Of a stretch of DNA of 64,000 nt, positions 1-25,929 are shown piece by piece. The stretch is from Blastocystis sp. Blastoise. Lineage: Eukaryota; Protista; Bigyra: Opalinata. Under the pieces are notes generated by a model, which did no database searches, had not been told where the DNA came from, and saw only the letters and a program-made list of their open reading frames with translations. Each line of letters opens with the position of its first letter. Position 1 is the first letter of the stretch. The position numbers were made by a program, and so were the translations under genes. The DNA lies in contig JBBPEB010000015.1 of NCBI GenBank assembly GCA_039096225.1, forward strand, positions 186,001 through 250,000, read 5' to 3'.

Positions 1-554
1 TTCACTACCCTGTCGATATACATAATACAAAACAACCAACAATCGAAATCAACTCATCATCTATTCGTATTACTGTATATTTATTTAGTACTAGAGATTC
101 TTTTATTTCAATATAATATAAATAATATATAATAATATAATAATATATATAATAATATAATAATATATATATATATATATATATAATTTTTTCTCTCTAT
201 AGATTGAAATCTTTAACAAACTTCAACAATCTGTAGTTGTGTCTTTAGACCCCCTTCCATCTCCCTATAAACTTGAACGTTCTACCTATATTATTGATAA
301 GTATACATATATATATATATATAGTTTTATAGACTCCTATACAATACATATTTTATAATCATTGTTCTATTCTCATTTCACAATATATATTCTTTAGACG
401 AAGTGTTCTCCCGATTAGTATAATATATCCATTTTCTTCTTCTATGTCTCCATCAATACTCATCAAGCAAATATTACAGGAATTCAAATATAATATTATT
501 CTACGTGGATCATGTACATTGACTTCTCTCTTCAAACCAAAAAGGGATAGGTAA
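1..554 (+). CDS. 3' end of a spliced hypothetical protein gene (partial, runs off window)
   Basis: Three exons joined by GT-AG introns (about 75-201 and 301-397) give an open frame ending ...LFKPKRDR with TAA at 552-554. Confidence 0.6.
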
Positions 555-887
555 AAAACAAATATTTCTATTTGTAATTATATAGTTAAAAGTTATTCTA
601 TTGGTATTTGTGTATTGTTAATATTTAAAACGTTAGTTATATATTTATACTATTGAGGGTCATTTGTATATTGAAATAAGAATCAGTTTTCTTTTATTTA
701 TGTACAAATAAAAACATCATTTGTTATTCTATTATATTTTGCATTAATGATTTTTATATAGTATACATCGTATTACTATAATGTTTTAATATATATAATT
801 GAAATTGAAAAATTATACTATAAATAGATAATAAAAATTGAATTAATATCATCATAATAAATAAATAAATAAAATAAAATGTTCTTT

Positions 888-1474
888 TTATTTTCTTCGT
901 TTTGGATTATTATCTTCAAGATCTTCATCATTTATTAATATAGGATTGAATTTTAAAGAGAGGCCTTTTCTTTCTTGACCATTTGCTAACCAAATTGATC
1001 GTAATACAGATGGTAAATCTTGTATCTGATTATGTTCCAAATTGATTACTGTAGTATTCTTGTTACCTATTACATATATAGAATCATTAAGTAATATATA
1101 ATATTTTAATGAATAGAAAAACTAATCTATAACTCTATAATATTAGTATTAAAATATATGATTTTATAACAATAATAGTATATAAATCAATAATAGAATA
1201 GTATATCAATAAAACACTATGAATATACATGCCCAGTCTTCATCAATATTTGTAATAGAATTTTTATTTGCATAAAGTGTCATAAGGTTAGGAAGAAGAG
1301 ATAGACCTTCAGGAAGTGAATTCAACTGATTACTGTCTATTGCAAGAAACTATATACAAGTATAACTACTTTATTCTCTATGAATATAATACATATCTAG
1401 ATAGATAATATATATATAATACATATCTAGATACATAATATATATATATAATAAAATAACACATATCTAGATAC

Positions 1475-1521
<47 letters not shown>

Positions 1522-2384
1522 TTTGAGTTCTTGTAATAGTTTGACAGAGGGAAGTGATGATATATGATTATTACCTAATAAAACAGTTTGAAGATGAAGA
1601 AGAGTAAATAAGGAATCAGGAACTGTCTATATATATATATATATTCTAATAATTTAAAAACAAAACATATTACATATTAATAATAATAGTATTAACATTA
1701 AACAATAGAATGAAAGTGAATTTATTAAAAAAAAATAATAATTATAATAAAAATTACTTCTAATTGGCAATTATCTAAAGCAATTGTTTCCAAAACAGTT
1801 AGTTCTTCAATTGAACTTGGTATATTTTTAATTCTATAAATATATATTTATTTATTTTCAATGTTAAATATATATATACGGATTTCCAGTCAGTCGTAAA
1901 GTCTTAAGATTTGTTAATTGTATGATTTCATCAGGAAATGACTGTAACTGATTATCTTCTAATAATAAAGTCTCCAAGGAATATAAATAACGAATCTATA
2001 ATAATTGAATAAAACGAAAATATATAATCTATTTGTAAAAACTACAATTAAAGAAATCATACTTCCTGTGATAATGTTTCCAATTTATTATTTGATAAAG
2101 TTAAGAATTTCAATGGAGACTCATTAAAAATACCTATTCCCTAATAGATAACAAAAAATAATATAGAATAAACGCATTTTATATACATTCACTGTATGTA
2201 ACATGTTTGAATTCAACGACAGATATTGTGTGTTCTTGAATCTATCCTTATTTACATTACTTACAAGAAGATCTATTGTTCCTTGAAACTCTGGTGACCT
2301 TCTGGCTAAAAATAAATCTTTACAATCATCATATTCGTCATCCAGAATCTCAGGAATCTTTCGAAGATCCTTTTTAATAAACAT
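888..2384 (-). CDS. Leucine-rich repeat protein, multi-exon
   Basis: Exons joined by GT-AG introns read MFIKKDLRKIPEIL...LKFLTLSNNKLETL...LETLLLEDNQLQSFPDEIIQLTNLKTLRLTGN...NPKRRK*. Repeated LxxLxLxxNxL motifs. Confidence 0.9.
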
Positions 2385-2995
2385 TATGAACTTAAGAAGT
2401 GTCTATATAACTAAATTATGAATAATATATAATAAAAACATTACAAATATAGAAAAAGAAGTATCAAATTATTTTTGAATTTTTTATTTTGATATTATTA
2501 ATTTATAGCAAATTTATCTAATCTTTAAAAATCACTTTTGTATTTTAAGTAATGAGAGTCATGAGTGACTATATGTTGATTTTTATATCGGGTAAAATCA
2601 AAAGTGAATTCGTCTAATTCTCTTTTTTAGTTGAGTTATTTAAAGAAATATACAATACAAACAGATATATACTATCTTAGACATGTGCAATTCATTCTTT
2701 TTTTTCTTTTCTTTAATGTTCACTAACAAAATTATCATTTTTATTTCTTTTTCAAATGATACAATATTATAGTTTTATTAGAATTAATATAGAATATATC
2801 TTAATCACAGTTAAAAACAAATTTCTAATAAAAAGTCCTAAAAAAAGCAAAAAGTCAACAATTCGTTCAGAAATATATGTATACACACAAAAAAAAATTA
2901 AAAAAGGAAAAGAAAAAAGGTATCTAAAAAAATAATGTTTTATAGATACATATGCAATATAGATTGATGAAGGAAAAGCAAGATCTGAGTATGAT

Positions 2996-3265
2996 TTAGT
3001 TATTATTTTTTCTTGCCATTCTTTCTAAGATTTGACTTTTTAGAAGTGTGTTATTCACCTTAGGAGCAGTCACAGTAACACCAGTTTTAACACCTTCTAA
3101 GCATGCAGTCATTGCTAAAATAGCTTTCTCACATCCTTCAGTCTTTCCTTGAGTATCTGATATGCAATTTAGTACGGAGAGTAATTCTTTTGAGCATGGT
3201 TGACCACGTTTTGCAACACCCATCTTCTTTGCTATTTGGAAGGCTTTAGCTTCAAGTGTTTTCAT
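2996..3265 (-). CDS. Small twin-CX9C (CHCH) protein, mitoribosomal mS37/Mrp10/CHCHD1-like
   Basis: Single exon with C-SKELLSVLN-C and C-EKAILAMTA-C, a basic N-terminus and a short C-terminal helix as in Mrp10-type proteins. Confidence 0.65.
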   Translation of the reverse strand: MKTLEAKAFQIAKKMGVAKRGQPCSKELLSVLNCISDTQGKTEGCEKAILAMTACLEGVKTGVTVTAPKVNNTLLKSQILERMARKNNN

Positions 3266-3884
3266 GACTCTAATTACAAGGAAAGGACAGAATTATGGAC
3301 AAATTGAAATGAAAAATTCTCTTTTTGAAAAGTGGCTTTCCCATGGAAATTCTATTAGTTTGTTTTTCATTATTGTTTAGAGTCTCTACGTTATTAATTT
3401 ATTGCTTTTGACATTAAATAGTGATATAAATAGCGTATTAAAAGAAGAAGAGACAATTCATTGTCGATACTATTATAATCCATTCAAATATTTGTGTTTA
3501 CTTGCTATTAAGTAATTATTTTCATTAATCACATTTAACAAAAATTGTATGAATAGAATAATGTATATTTAAAATAAACTATTTTGACTAGAATTATGTG
3601 AAAATCTCGTTTTGTTTTTTTGTTATTCTTCCTAACAATTTAAAAGGTTCAAATACAGTGAAGTTAATGCATTAGAAGTCAGTATAGATAATTTCATGTA
3701 TATATAAATATATTCAAACTGATTAAGAAATTTTTTTATTCTTACATGTTGTTAAAAGAATGATTCGATTAGTACATATATAAAAGTTATCTCAGTATAT
3801 TATATTATTACTAAAATCAAAAATATATAACAAAGAAACAGTCAAAATAGAACACATAACTGGACACTTAAAGAAAAAAAGGAT

Positions 3885-4286
3885 TTACTTATATAAATCG
3901 AATGAATGGTCATTGGCAATAGCTTTAGGATCAAACACAGAAGGTGATAATTCTGTGCCATTTTCGTCTATTTTAAAGTAATCGACAGTTTTATTAAGTA
4001 GTCTGGGATTCTGGAATTGTTTTTTGGATTTCATATTCTCTGTAAAGGATGTTCCTAATTGTTTATATCGTTTTATATCTTCCTCAATTTCGATTTCAAA
4101 TGGAGTTCGTGTGTCTTCGGTTTGTGTGGTTGGTTGTGATAATGTATCTTGAGTTTCTATTGAACTACTTTTTTCTTTGATCTCTACTACTTCAGATTCG
4201 TTTTTATGGGTAACCATTGAGTTGAGAATGGAATAAATATCACTTTCCTGATTATCATTTTCATTATCTTGAGGAATAGCACTCAT
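3885..4286 (-). CDS. SAP30BP: SAP30-binding protein / HCNGP-like
   Basis: FTENMKSKKQFQNPRLLNKTVDYFKIDENGTELSPSVFDP matches the HCNGP core FN..L...K.FRNP.I..KL.....IDE.GT.....VFDP. Confidence 0.8.
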   Translation of the reverse strand: MSAIPQDNENDNQESDIYSILNSMVTHKNESEVVEIKEKSSSIETQDTLSQPTTQTEDTRTPFEIEIEEDIKRYKQLGTSFTENMKSKKQFQNPRLLNKTVDYFKIDENGTELSPSVFDPKAIANDHSFDLYK

Positions 4287-4386
4287 TGATGATAATTAAT
4301 GAATTCAAAAACTTAATTAGTTTGATGAATCTATCAAAAACAAATTTCTATTTTTTTTAAATTTTTTGTTATTGTTTTCTTGAGAG

Positions 4387-6293
4387 ATGTCACATATTGT
4401 TCATATTGATTTTGATACTTTGCTAACTTCATTATATGAGACAAATGACAATGAGAACGTGGGTCAGTATGCTAACATTTGCTTTCATGTTATTGTTATT
4501 TATTAGAATTCTTCGTTCAGTAATGTTTTCCAATGTAAAAATTGGTACAAAAAATCACAGAAAGCTCTATTACAAGTTTATTACAAAGTATTGTCCAAGC
4601 ATTCTTCAAGAACCTGAGGTTTTAATAGGTTTATCAGAAAGTTGGAGAGTAAATCATTAGAGAATATAAATACTTATTGAAAATTTTGCTCTTTATTATA
4701 TATAATATCTATTTTTTTATATAGTTAAAAGATTTGTATAAGATGGTCAAGAAAGAATATAAAAAGCCTAAAGAGCAATTTGAATTGATAAAGAAATATG
4801 TGTTTAATGAATTAATTGATTTGAGTTCTGATGAAAATATGAAATAGTATGTTTTTTTTTTATAAATAAATTTATACATATAGTTTATTAAAGCAATCTT
4901 TAAAATGGTCGTTAGTAGAATGGAAACAGATTATCCTTATAGTAATGATGGCACATGATTGTGCACGTGGATGGGAAGTCATCGAAAAGATCTCCAGTTG
5001 TATTTATATAGTAATCTATTAATAGTCTATATATATGTAATTATATAAAAGACATATCATATATAATTTATGAAATATTAATGTATACTTATATAAATAA
5101 TAAACAAATTTGTTTATAAACTATAATTTAGGTTGGGTTGATGAACGTCTACATGATTTGCTTCAATTAATATTAGATGATGACGAATTCATAGATATGG
5201 CAGAAGGAAAAGATGGAGGTCTTTTTAGTGTATATATTTATATAGTTAGATTCTATTTTATTATATAGATCTATATTAGACTTTTGATCATAATATTATT
5301 ATTTTTTATTTATATTTTAGACTATTATGTCTTATCAATGTTTGTTATTCTTTATTTCTCTTCTTCAGTATCCTATAATTCATGTATATAATATAGTATT
5401 TTCCTTCGTTTAAGAATAAATTGATAGTTCATAAAGATATGAGAGATGAAGATACAGAAGGAAGTTTAAAAGACTTTATTGTGAATGATGATGAAGAGAT
5501 AGAAGAAGATGATGATGAAATAGATGATGGCGAAGATATTAAAGAAGAAGATGAAGATATTAAAGAAGAAGAAGATGATACAGATATTAAAGAAGAAGAT
5601 GAAGATATTAAAGAAGAAGAAGATGATACAGATATTAAAGGAAAAGATGAAGATATTAAAGAAGAAGATGAAAACAATCCACAAATTGATAATACAAAAA
5701 CTTCTAAGCCTCATCAAATACAAGATAATTATTATAGTTCTTCTTCTTCTGATGAAGACAACAATGATGATTATTTAGATACTATAGATAATATGATTGC
5801 ATCAAAAATTTCGAAAAGCAAAAAACGATTGGTTAAAAACACAAATGTTTCTGCGAATGATATTCACGAAAACAAAATATCAACTATCGATCTTTCAATT
5901 CAAGAACTCTCTTCAAATGAGGATTTAAACGAACAAATCCTTTATAAAAGAACACCAAAAAATGGTTCTAAAGGCAGATTAATTGCTAAACGTTCGTTTC
6001 GAACAATTGAGTCTGATTCTGATTCACAAGTCACTGCTGATGAATCAGATAATTCTGTAGAATATATATCTACATCTGAAACAAAGAATAAAGGTACAAA
6101 CTTATCTCCAAATACTCAAATGAATACAATCTCTTCTGTTTCTAGTCTAGACAAATCTCCTTTGAAAAAGAATAATGCTATATTACTTGGAAAACCAAAA
6201 AAACTCAGTATACCAACTATTGTGAATAATGAGAACACTAAGAAAACAGAGAAACGAAATGTAACTCAAAAAAAGAAATCATCTAAACGTTAA
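4387..6293 (+). CDS. Hypothetical protein with acidic repeat region and basic C-terminus, multi-exon
   Basis: ATG at 4387. GT-AG introns join the exons in frame to the long last exon (ORF 5421-6293). Confidence 0.65.
5533..5672 (+). repeat. Coding tandem repeat, 48-bp unit (DIKEEDEDIKEEEDDT) in about 3 copies
   Basis: Repeated gatattaaagaagaagatgaagatattaaagaagaagaagatgataca. Confidence 0.9.
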
Positions 6294-6945
6294 TATATCT
6301 ATTGCTCCCTCTATATTTCAAGTCATCTATTTGTTGTTTAATTCATGCTTATTTATATGAAATATCAATGTATGTTTTACTTTTATTTGTTTATCGTACA
6401 TATCTAAGTAATAGACCATATATTGATACTATTTAACAATACATAAATCGTAATCATCTATTCTGAACAACAAAATATATTTATTTGAGAGGAGAGGTCA
6501 GTAGTGGGATCTCTATCACTTGAGGTAATTACATTAACTTACTATAATGAAAGGTAATGAGGAATGGTCATAATTCAAATAAAAAATTGTGATTATTCTC
6601 TTTTTTTGTAGGTTTATAGACTTAGGACGCTGTAAATGGTAAAAAGTTATCTATATAATGTATGAACCATGTTATAACAAATTCGTGAAGAATAGTACTC
6701 TTTAAAATATTTGAAAAATAAAAACAAGCTGTTTCCGTAATTGCTGCTTTTCAATTACTCTTTTGTAAAACAGTAATAGATCAACTAAAATCTTAGTTAA
6801 AAATAAACAAATCATTCATTAGTAATAAAAAAATAGCAATAAGAACACATGGCAAATATATATAGTATATAAATATATAGTAAATGTTAATATACGATGT
6901 TGAATAGATAAAAAAATAAAATTATATAATTAATATATAAACAAA

Positions 6946-7983
6946 TTACTTGGTTTTCATTTCAGAAAAGATGGTTCTTTTAGCGACAAGTACAGTTGAT
7001 AAAATAGCTATAATAGTTTCTAAAGCAATAAATATTAAGAAATACACACATCCGTTCTCTAAGTTATTGAGTAGATACTATATAGAATAGCTTTAATTCT
7101 TTTGTTAATATATATATTATTTAAAAAAAAAGAATCATAATAAAATGAATAGATCGTCATATAGAACAACTATTAATAACAATATATATATACTCCAGTT
7201 CCATGACAGAAATGCCATATAAATACTAATACATAAGGCATAATAGAATTCTTGGAATATCCATATAAACATAAATAAGTCCAATTAATATGTATAATAA
7301 TAAGACAAAAGATTTGAATACTTGTAGTTATGTAGATATTAAGAGAACAGTTAGGAATAAAATATGTAGCTGCACTTCCAGCAGATGTTAACGGTACTAA
7401 ACCTCTATAGTATATATAGTATTATTATATTATTATTATTATACTATTATTATTATTATACTATTATTATTATTATAATATTATAATAAAAAATATAAAT
7501 ACACTATTGCTGACGTCACTAATCCACAACCAAGACCACCAGCTATATATATATATATAAATATAATAATATATATATATTACTTTAATAATAAATATTT
7601 AGGATAAAAGAAATTCATCAATAATAATAATAAAAAAAAATACATAAACCAAATTTTAATGTTTCTGAAGGTGTAGAAACATGAATATCGACATTAACTC
7701 TATTTAACTTCTTACAGAAGAAGTTCAAAAGAATTATAAAGAAAGGACGACAAAACTCTTGTAAACCAATATAAACAAAAAGCATAATAAATGGTTGTGG
7801 TGTAGAAAAGGCGTCCCATATTTTATATATTATTCCACTACCAATCATTGCAAAAATAGCAAAAAGTGCTGCAATCAAGGAAACAAGAAATAAATATGGT
7901 CTTTGTTTTGATAACGTGATTAAGGTAATGACACCAGGTCCAAAAGCTAATAGAAATGTACCAAGCAAAAGAAGAGCGCCCAT
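6946..7983 (-). CDS. APH1: Gamma-secretase subunit APH-1
   Basis: N-terminal GTFLLAFGP, QEFCR, GxxxG motif (GLGCG), conserved His residues in IHINW and WHFCH, several hydrophobic TM-like segments, 4 exons. Confidence 0.9.
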
Positions 7984-8510
7984 GAATAAATACTAAAAGA
8001 ATAAATTAAATAACGAATAAAAAGTGAATAGAAACACTTTTTTATAAATGATTTTTTTTTCTATTCTAACTTGATTCTTTTCTCTGTAAACACTGATTAT
8101 TTCCACGATTATTTCCAAAAACATTAATAAACGAATACTTGCTGTGTATCAATCCATAACGCTTTAAAAAGGAGTTTATTGTATGTAAGCTAAGTAAACT
8201 ATAGAAAGAAATATTTGTTTGAATCCATATAAAGTGGTATCTATGATAATTGTGTTTGAAGTTGTCAAATTTCTCATATAAAAGTAATTCTACTAGTGCA
8301 AACAAGCTAATTAAACAATAATTCAAATGTATAAAACATTGATCATTACATTAAACGTAGAATCACAACAATCATTATAATAAAGATGATTTCTCATTGA
8401 AAAAAGCAGAAAATGCAAAAGATATAATTAGAATCGAATAATAAAAGGTGAAAAAGTTATTAAAAATGGAGAAAAAAGAGAAAAGAAGCATAGAAATGAG
8501 AAAAAATAGT

Positions 8511-12054
<3,544 letters not shown>

Positions 12055-12323
12055 CAGCGATCTATTTCGAAATTTATAACAAAGTATTCAAACTTTTTAA
12101 AAGACCCCAAAAAATGATATTTACGAGAAAATCAATAAGTTAACTACAAACTAAGAAAATATCCACGATAATTCTTGAATAGAATGAAAAAAATGCGATT
12201 TTTATTTTGATAGAGACTCATATCATTTTATGTATATTTTTGTTTATTTTATATGACTCTGGAGAACAAGCATCAAAATTCATATTTTTATTATATATCT
12301 AGTTCAATTTAAGTGTAATTATC

Positions 12324-15528
<3,205 letters not shown>

Positions 15529-15866
15529 TTCTTTATACATTTCTTTTATCTATTTATAATTCCTTATAGATTCTCTTTTCATTTTTGCTTTAATATTTTT
15601 CTAGTTTCTATTCTCAAGTTTATAAACATTAAACACTTTTTTTTGTTCATTCATTCCTTGTTTATTTCGATTATTTCGTATAATGCTTTATTGACATCCT
15701 ATATATATTTAACACTCATTCCATTATTCTAATCAAACAATTTTATAAAGAAAACTACAAAATCAACTTTTAAGAATTATTTTAAAAAACACAATTTGTT
15801 TCTCTTTTTCCCCAAAGTCGTTATTTTTTAAACTTAGATATTTTATTCATTTTTCAATTTTCGTCA

Positions 15867-20363
<4,497 letters not shown>

Positions 20364-20869
20364 TAATCATTATTCTTCATATATTCTACTGTTTTTTCAT
20401 TTAATTGAGTAAATTCATCTAAAGTATATTTTGATAATGTAAAACATTTCGTTACAAATAGTTCTCGTTTTGTTTATTTTATTTCTATGCTTCTTTTTAT
20501 ACTTTCTCACTATTCTTCAACAAATCAATTCTTTTTCTACAATATTCACTTGCCAATTTTTATGATTTACAATTCCTTTGTCATTCTAAGCATCTTTTTA
20601 AACAAAAAAAGCACTATAAAGATAGTATTCAGTTTTAATTGCTGCCAATTTTTGAAAAAAAAATTAATCAATAATACATGAGAACCATCTTATTACCATT
20701 AATATCTTTTAAAATCTTAAATATTCTGTTTTAAATAGATAAAAATGAGTTTAAATTATTTTTGTGAAACTTGCAATCTTTTCTTTCAAATTCCCAGAAA
20801 GATTTTTATAAGTTAAGTTATTATCTTGTTTAAAAAATCTATTTTTTTAAAGCATTTTAATAGTTTAGA

Positions 20870-22532
20870 ATGGTGAAAGAAAAGGTGCTGTTTGATGCTA
20901 ATCGGTTTGAGCGGTTGAAAGAAGATATTACAATATATGAGGAATTACTGAAAGATGTTGTTAATGTTTTTTCGTCTGTGATGAGTCTTGGTCTTCATTC
21001 TGAATTATCAATTACTAAAATAATGAAACATATAAGTGATGACTGTATCGAAAAAAAAGGTGAAAAGAATACATTTCGAGATTCTTCTTTTGAAAAGATG
21101 ATAAAAGAAGATATAAATCCAAATACTGATTCATCTGATTATTATGATGATGATAAAGATATAGAGTTAATTCGTTTTACGAATAATGGTCCTGTTTTTA
21201 AGTTATCGAAGGTAATTCTCGATTCTTTGAAAGATACATATATTGGTGAATGTAATAATGAAGAGTTAAAAACTGTAGATGGAACATTATTCTTAGATTA
21301 TAATGGAAATGAAGCTTACGTATATTATTTATTAGATTATATATATGGTAAAAGAATTGATTTTTCTTCTTTTTGTTATGAAGAGCAAGTAGGATTAATA
21401 GAATTATTTGAGTTTTGTAATATGCCTTTACCTAAAGAATTAGTACTGACTCGTGATCGAAGAGATACAAAAAAGAAATTATATAAAGAAAATGATATAG
21501 TTACTCTATATATTGATGGTAAGAAAGATGGTGAGTTTATGGATTATTTAATAAAAAATAATTTATGGACAGGGTTTATAATGAATTATGATAATGGATT
21601 TGTTGATTATAATCCAAAGGATGATAGTTTATTCGTTAATATAAAATATGAATATATGAACTATATATTGGATTATACAAAGAATGGATATATTACTATG
21701 TATGATGATGATATAAATACTATAAAGAGTGATCAATTTGAGAAAGAAATGTATTCTATATTTGGTGATAAAGGAAGGCAATTAGCTAAAGAAGGAATGA
21801 TTCCTTTCAAATCATTTTCAGGTACAAGAATTCTTGGTAATAAAATGATGGAAGAATCTTTAGTGAATTGGTTAGGTAAAACAAAGAAATGGAAATTATT
21901 ATTTAGGTATATTTGATTTATTTTTATTATTTATTGTAATTATTATGTGTATTGTATGTATTATGTTTTTTTTTATTATTATAATTATTAATAATAATTC
22001 TATATAGAGCAAGTGAACATAATTATTCTGCAAGTGAATTCCATAAGTATTGTGATAATAAAGGAGAAACAGTGACTCTTATTAAACATATAGGTCATGA
22101 TGACCATATTAATATTTTTGGAGGATATACAGATCAAAGTTGGAATAGTTCAGGTTGTATATATATAATATAATCAATTTTGTTATTATAAATATTATAT
22201 ACATGCTATTATCTATAGTGTTTAAGCCTTATTCAAAAGAGTTTTTATTTACCTTAAGTAATGAGCATGATATTCCTCCTACTAAATATAGTTATATCAG
22301 TAAAGACACCAGTTTTGGAATAGGTTGTAATTCTGCTCGAGGTCCTTATTTTGGTTATGGCGCAGATATTATTATTTCTGATAATTGTCATAATAATACT
22401 TCTTCTTATTGTAAGGCATCTTCCTATGCAGAAATCAATACGCCAACAAAATATTCTTTATTTGTTAATACCGATCAAGAAGCCTCCAATAATTTCACTG
22501 TTGAAGATTATGAAATTTGGGGAAGAATGTAA
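20870..22532 (+). CDS. TLDc-domain protein with BTB-like N-terminal region (paralogue 1)
   Basis: WKLLFR|ASEH..SASEFHKYCDNKGETVTLIK...IFGGYT...FLFTL...GPYFG...DYEIW. Three exons. Confidence 0.9.
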
Positions 22533-23216
22533 ACATATATTTTAATCATATATATGTATATTAAATGCCTATTAAGACGTTTTTTTAAATAGATTATATA
22601 TATATATTTTATATATATATATATATTTTTTTTTTATAAATATCTTTATTTTAAATATATCTATTTATATATAAATAGATATCTTCATTTTTATAGATAT
22701 CTTTATTTTTATAAAGATCTATGTTTTATAAACATCTATATTTTTATATATATCTTTTTTTTTTAATATCATATTATTACTTTCTATTTTGCATTATTAA
22801 TATATTTAATTACTGGATTATCTTTTTTTTTATCTATTCTTTTTTTTATATCAAAAACTTTCTATTAAGTCATTTTCGTTATTATAATATTTCAAGAATA
22901 TACACTACTAACAATATCTCTGTTTTCATAGTAACCTTAAACACTCTCAACTAATAACAAAGCATTATCACTTAATCTCATTATATTTCCATTCTTACGC
23001 AATATTATGCTTCACAACCGGAGTATCTACATTAATTAGCATCATATATATATCAATAAAATATATCTGTATAAATCAAACAAGAAAACGAGTATTAAAC
23101 AAAAAAAAATGATTGAAAATATAACTCCCAAAAGAGTTGTTTTTTCAAGGGGAAAAAAGACTTCGCTTTCTCCAGTTATTCTGTATTTTCTATAAAACCA
23201 TTTAGTTTATTGAATA

Positions 23217-25003
23217 ATGGGAAGAAGAAAAGGTAAGATTAATAAGGACAAAGCAGGCGATGTTCCAAATGATATGAAACTCTTTAAACAGGTGATAGAC
23301 GACTTAATTAGAATGATCAATAGTTCAATCAAGTTCTGTGCTCACAGTAATGATTTGGTACGTGAATTAGTGGATCAGTATCTAATTAATAATGAAAAAA
23401 AGAATAAAAACAATGTTGAGAAATCAAAACTGATACTGAAAGAGCCTTCATATATTCAGAATTCTAGTTTATATATGAATGTTGATGATAATATAGATCA
23501 TATCCGGCTTACAAGCAACGGTATCCTTTATTCCCTTCCTAAAAGTGTAACAAATAGTTTGCAAGGTACTTTTCTGTATGAACAGTCTGGTCAGGATCAA
23601 AGAACCGTAAATGATGAAATTTATTTAGATTATCCCTATGAGGAAACGATGTTTCCTTTTCTTATAGATTATTTAATGAATAAGAGAATAAATATCGAAG
23701 ACATGAAATTGAGTGATCAGTTTGCATTATTAGATATGTTTGAATTTTGTAATTTGCCGTTGCCTGAAGAATTGATGCTGACAAGGGAACGAAGAGGAAA
23801 CATGGAAAAATGTAATAATATGAATATTGTTTATCTCCAAATCAATGGTCAGTTCGATACATTATTATTCAATTATTTGAAGAAAAATGAATTATGGGAA
23901 AATATGGTAAAGAGTTATGGTGATGGATATGTACATTGTGATATGTTCTATAATTCAGAAGACAAAAAGAATTATAAGTATTATTATATTATAAAGAATT
24001 ATGAATATATTGAGTATATATATGAGTATATCAAGTATAATTTTATTTATATTCCTCAGGAAGATGTGAAGACAATCAATAGAAAACTATTAGAGAAAGA
24101 AATGAGTAGTATATTTGGTAAGGATGGAATACTTGCTGTTAAGAAAGGATTGGGTATAAATAGATCATTTACTGTTTCTACTATTCTAAACCCACAAATC
24201 ACTAAACCCTTACTAAATTGGCTTGGACAAGATAAATTATGGAAGTTATTGTTTAGGTATTTTTTATGATTATATATATTTATTATATTTATTATATTTA
24301 TTATATTTATTATATTTATTATATTTATTATATTTATTATATTTATTACATTTATATGTTATTGTTTTATTTTTATTATATTTTATTATATTTATTTCTT
24401 GAATAATGTAACTAATACATAATATCCTTGTGAGTATTACTAATAATATTATTATAGAGCAAGTGAACATAGGTATTCAGTTCAGAGTTTCCATAGATAT
24501 TGTGATAATAAAGGTGAAACGGTAGTTATTATAAGGCATATTGGACATAGTGGGTTTATGAATATATTTGGAGGATATACAGATCAAAGTTGGGATAACA
24601 CTGACCGTATGTAATTATTCATTATTTATTATTATATAATATATATTCATTCTCTAACTATGTACTACTATATATATATATAGATTGGAAATCCTATTCT
24701 AAAGAATTTCTATTTACGTTAAGTAATGAACATGGTATTCCTCCTACTAAATATGATTATACCTCTCCAAAAAGAGGATATGGAATAGGCTGTGACCCTT
24801 CATACGGACCTATATTTGGGGGAGGATTTGATATTGCTATTGCTGATAAATGCCATAATAATAGAAAATCCTATTGTTCTTCCACTTCTTATGCTACTGA
24901 AAATACACTCCAAAAGAAGTCATTATTTGTTAATACTGACAAAATGTTGAATAATTATTTTATTGTCGATGACTATGAAGTCTGGGGAAGATACCAAGAA
25001 TAA
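23217..25003 (+). CDS. TLDc-domain protein (tandem paralogue 2)
   Basis: Same motifs and intron positions as 20870-22532, including the shared FEFCN.PLP.EL.LTR.RR segment. Confidence 0.9.
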
Positions 25004-25929
25004 TGTAAATAAAAATCTATATATATATATATCTTTATAATTCCCTTTTTCATTTTTATTTTATATGTACTGTTTTTTTAATGTAAATTTAAGTCATTTA
25101 TTATCAACTATTACTACAGTTTACAATGCCAAACTGCCGTTTTATTATTTTTTTTTACTTATTATATCAGAACGACCAGGATGGCTGTTTTCTATATTAT
25201 TCAATACTATCAAATGAATGTATATCACTATAAGACATTTTTGACCTTTTAACAAATATGATTGGCTATCTATGATTATTAGTCCAATCAATTTGTTTAA
25301 AATGACAAAACTGTCCGTAGTGTATCCATAATCAATAAAGACTAATTATAATATATATTTAGTAAAATATATATTTAGAAAGAGAGAGACCAAAAGAACA
25401 CTATTCAATCATTTTCTTATACTTTTCAATATATATAATGCTTTTTATAAATCTAGGCATTCTCTAGATACTTCATTATTTGGTTTATAAACAAACATAT
25501 CTATGATCTAGCTTCCTTTTTTAACAAAAATAAAAACCAAATATATGCCAACTCATTTTGATCTCACCCCATTTACATTATATTAGAATATGCTTAACCA
25601 TCATTATGACAAACCTAAATGAAATGAAAGCCATATATTCTAATGCCTAATTAATTACTTCCATACTCACATAAAAAACTTTGTATCTCTTTGGTGGCAT
25701 ACTTTAGAGATATACAATCTTTATAGATATATTTATATTGATTGTATATAGAGAATTCTTAATAAATTAAACGTTATCATTATAATCAAATAATTGTATT
25801 TTGGCTCACGTGTTGGTTTTGAATATTTTATTTTTATAGTAATAATTAGAAATAAAGAAACGACCTCTTGTTGTTCCTTTATATGTCTTCTCTAAAAAGT
25901 ATCTAGTAGCTTCCTAAGGTAGTTATAAT

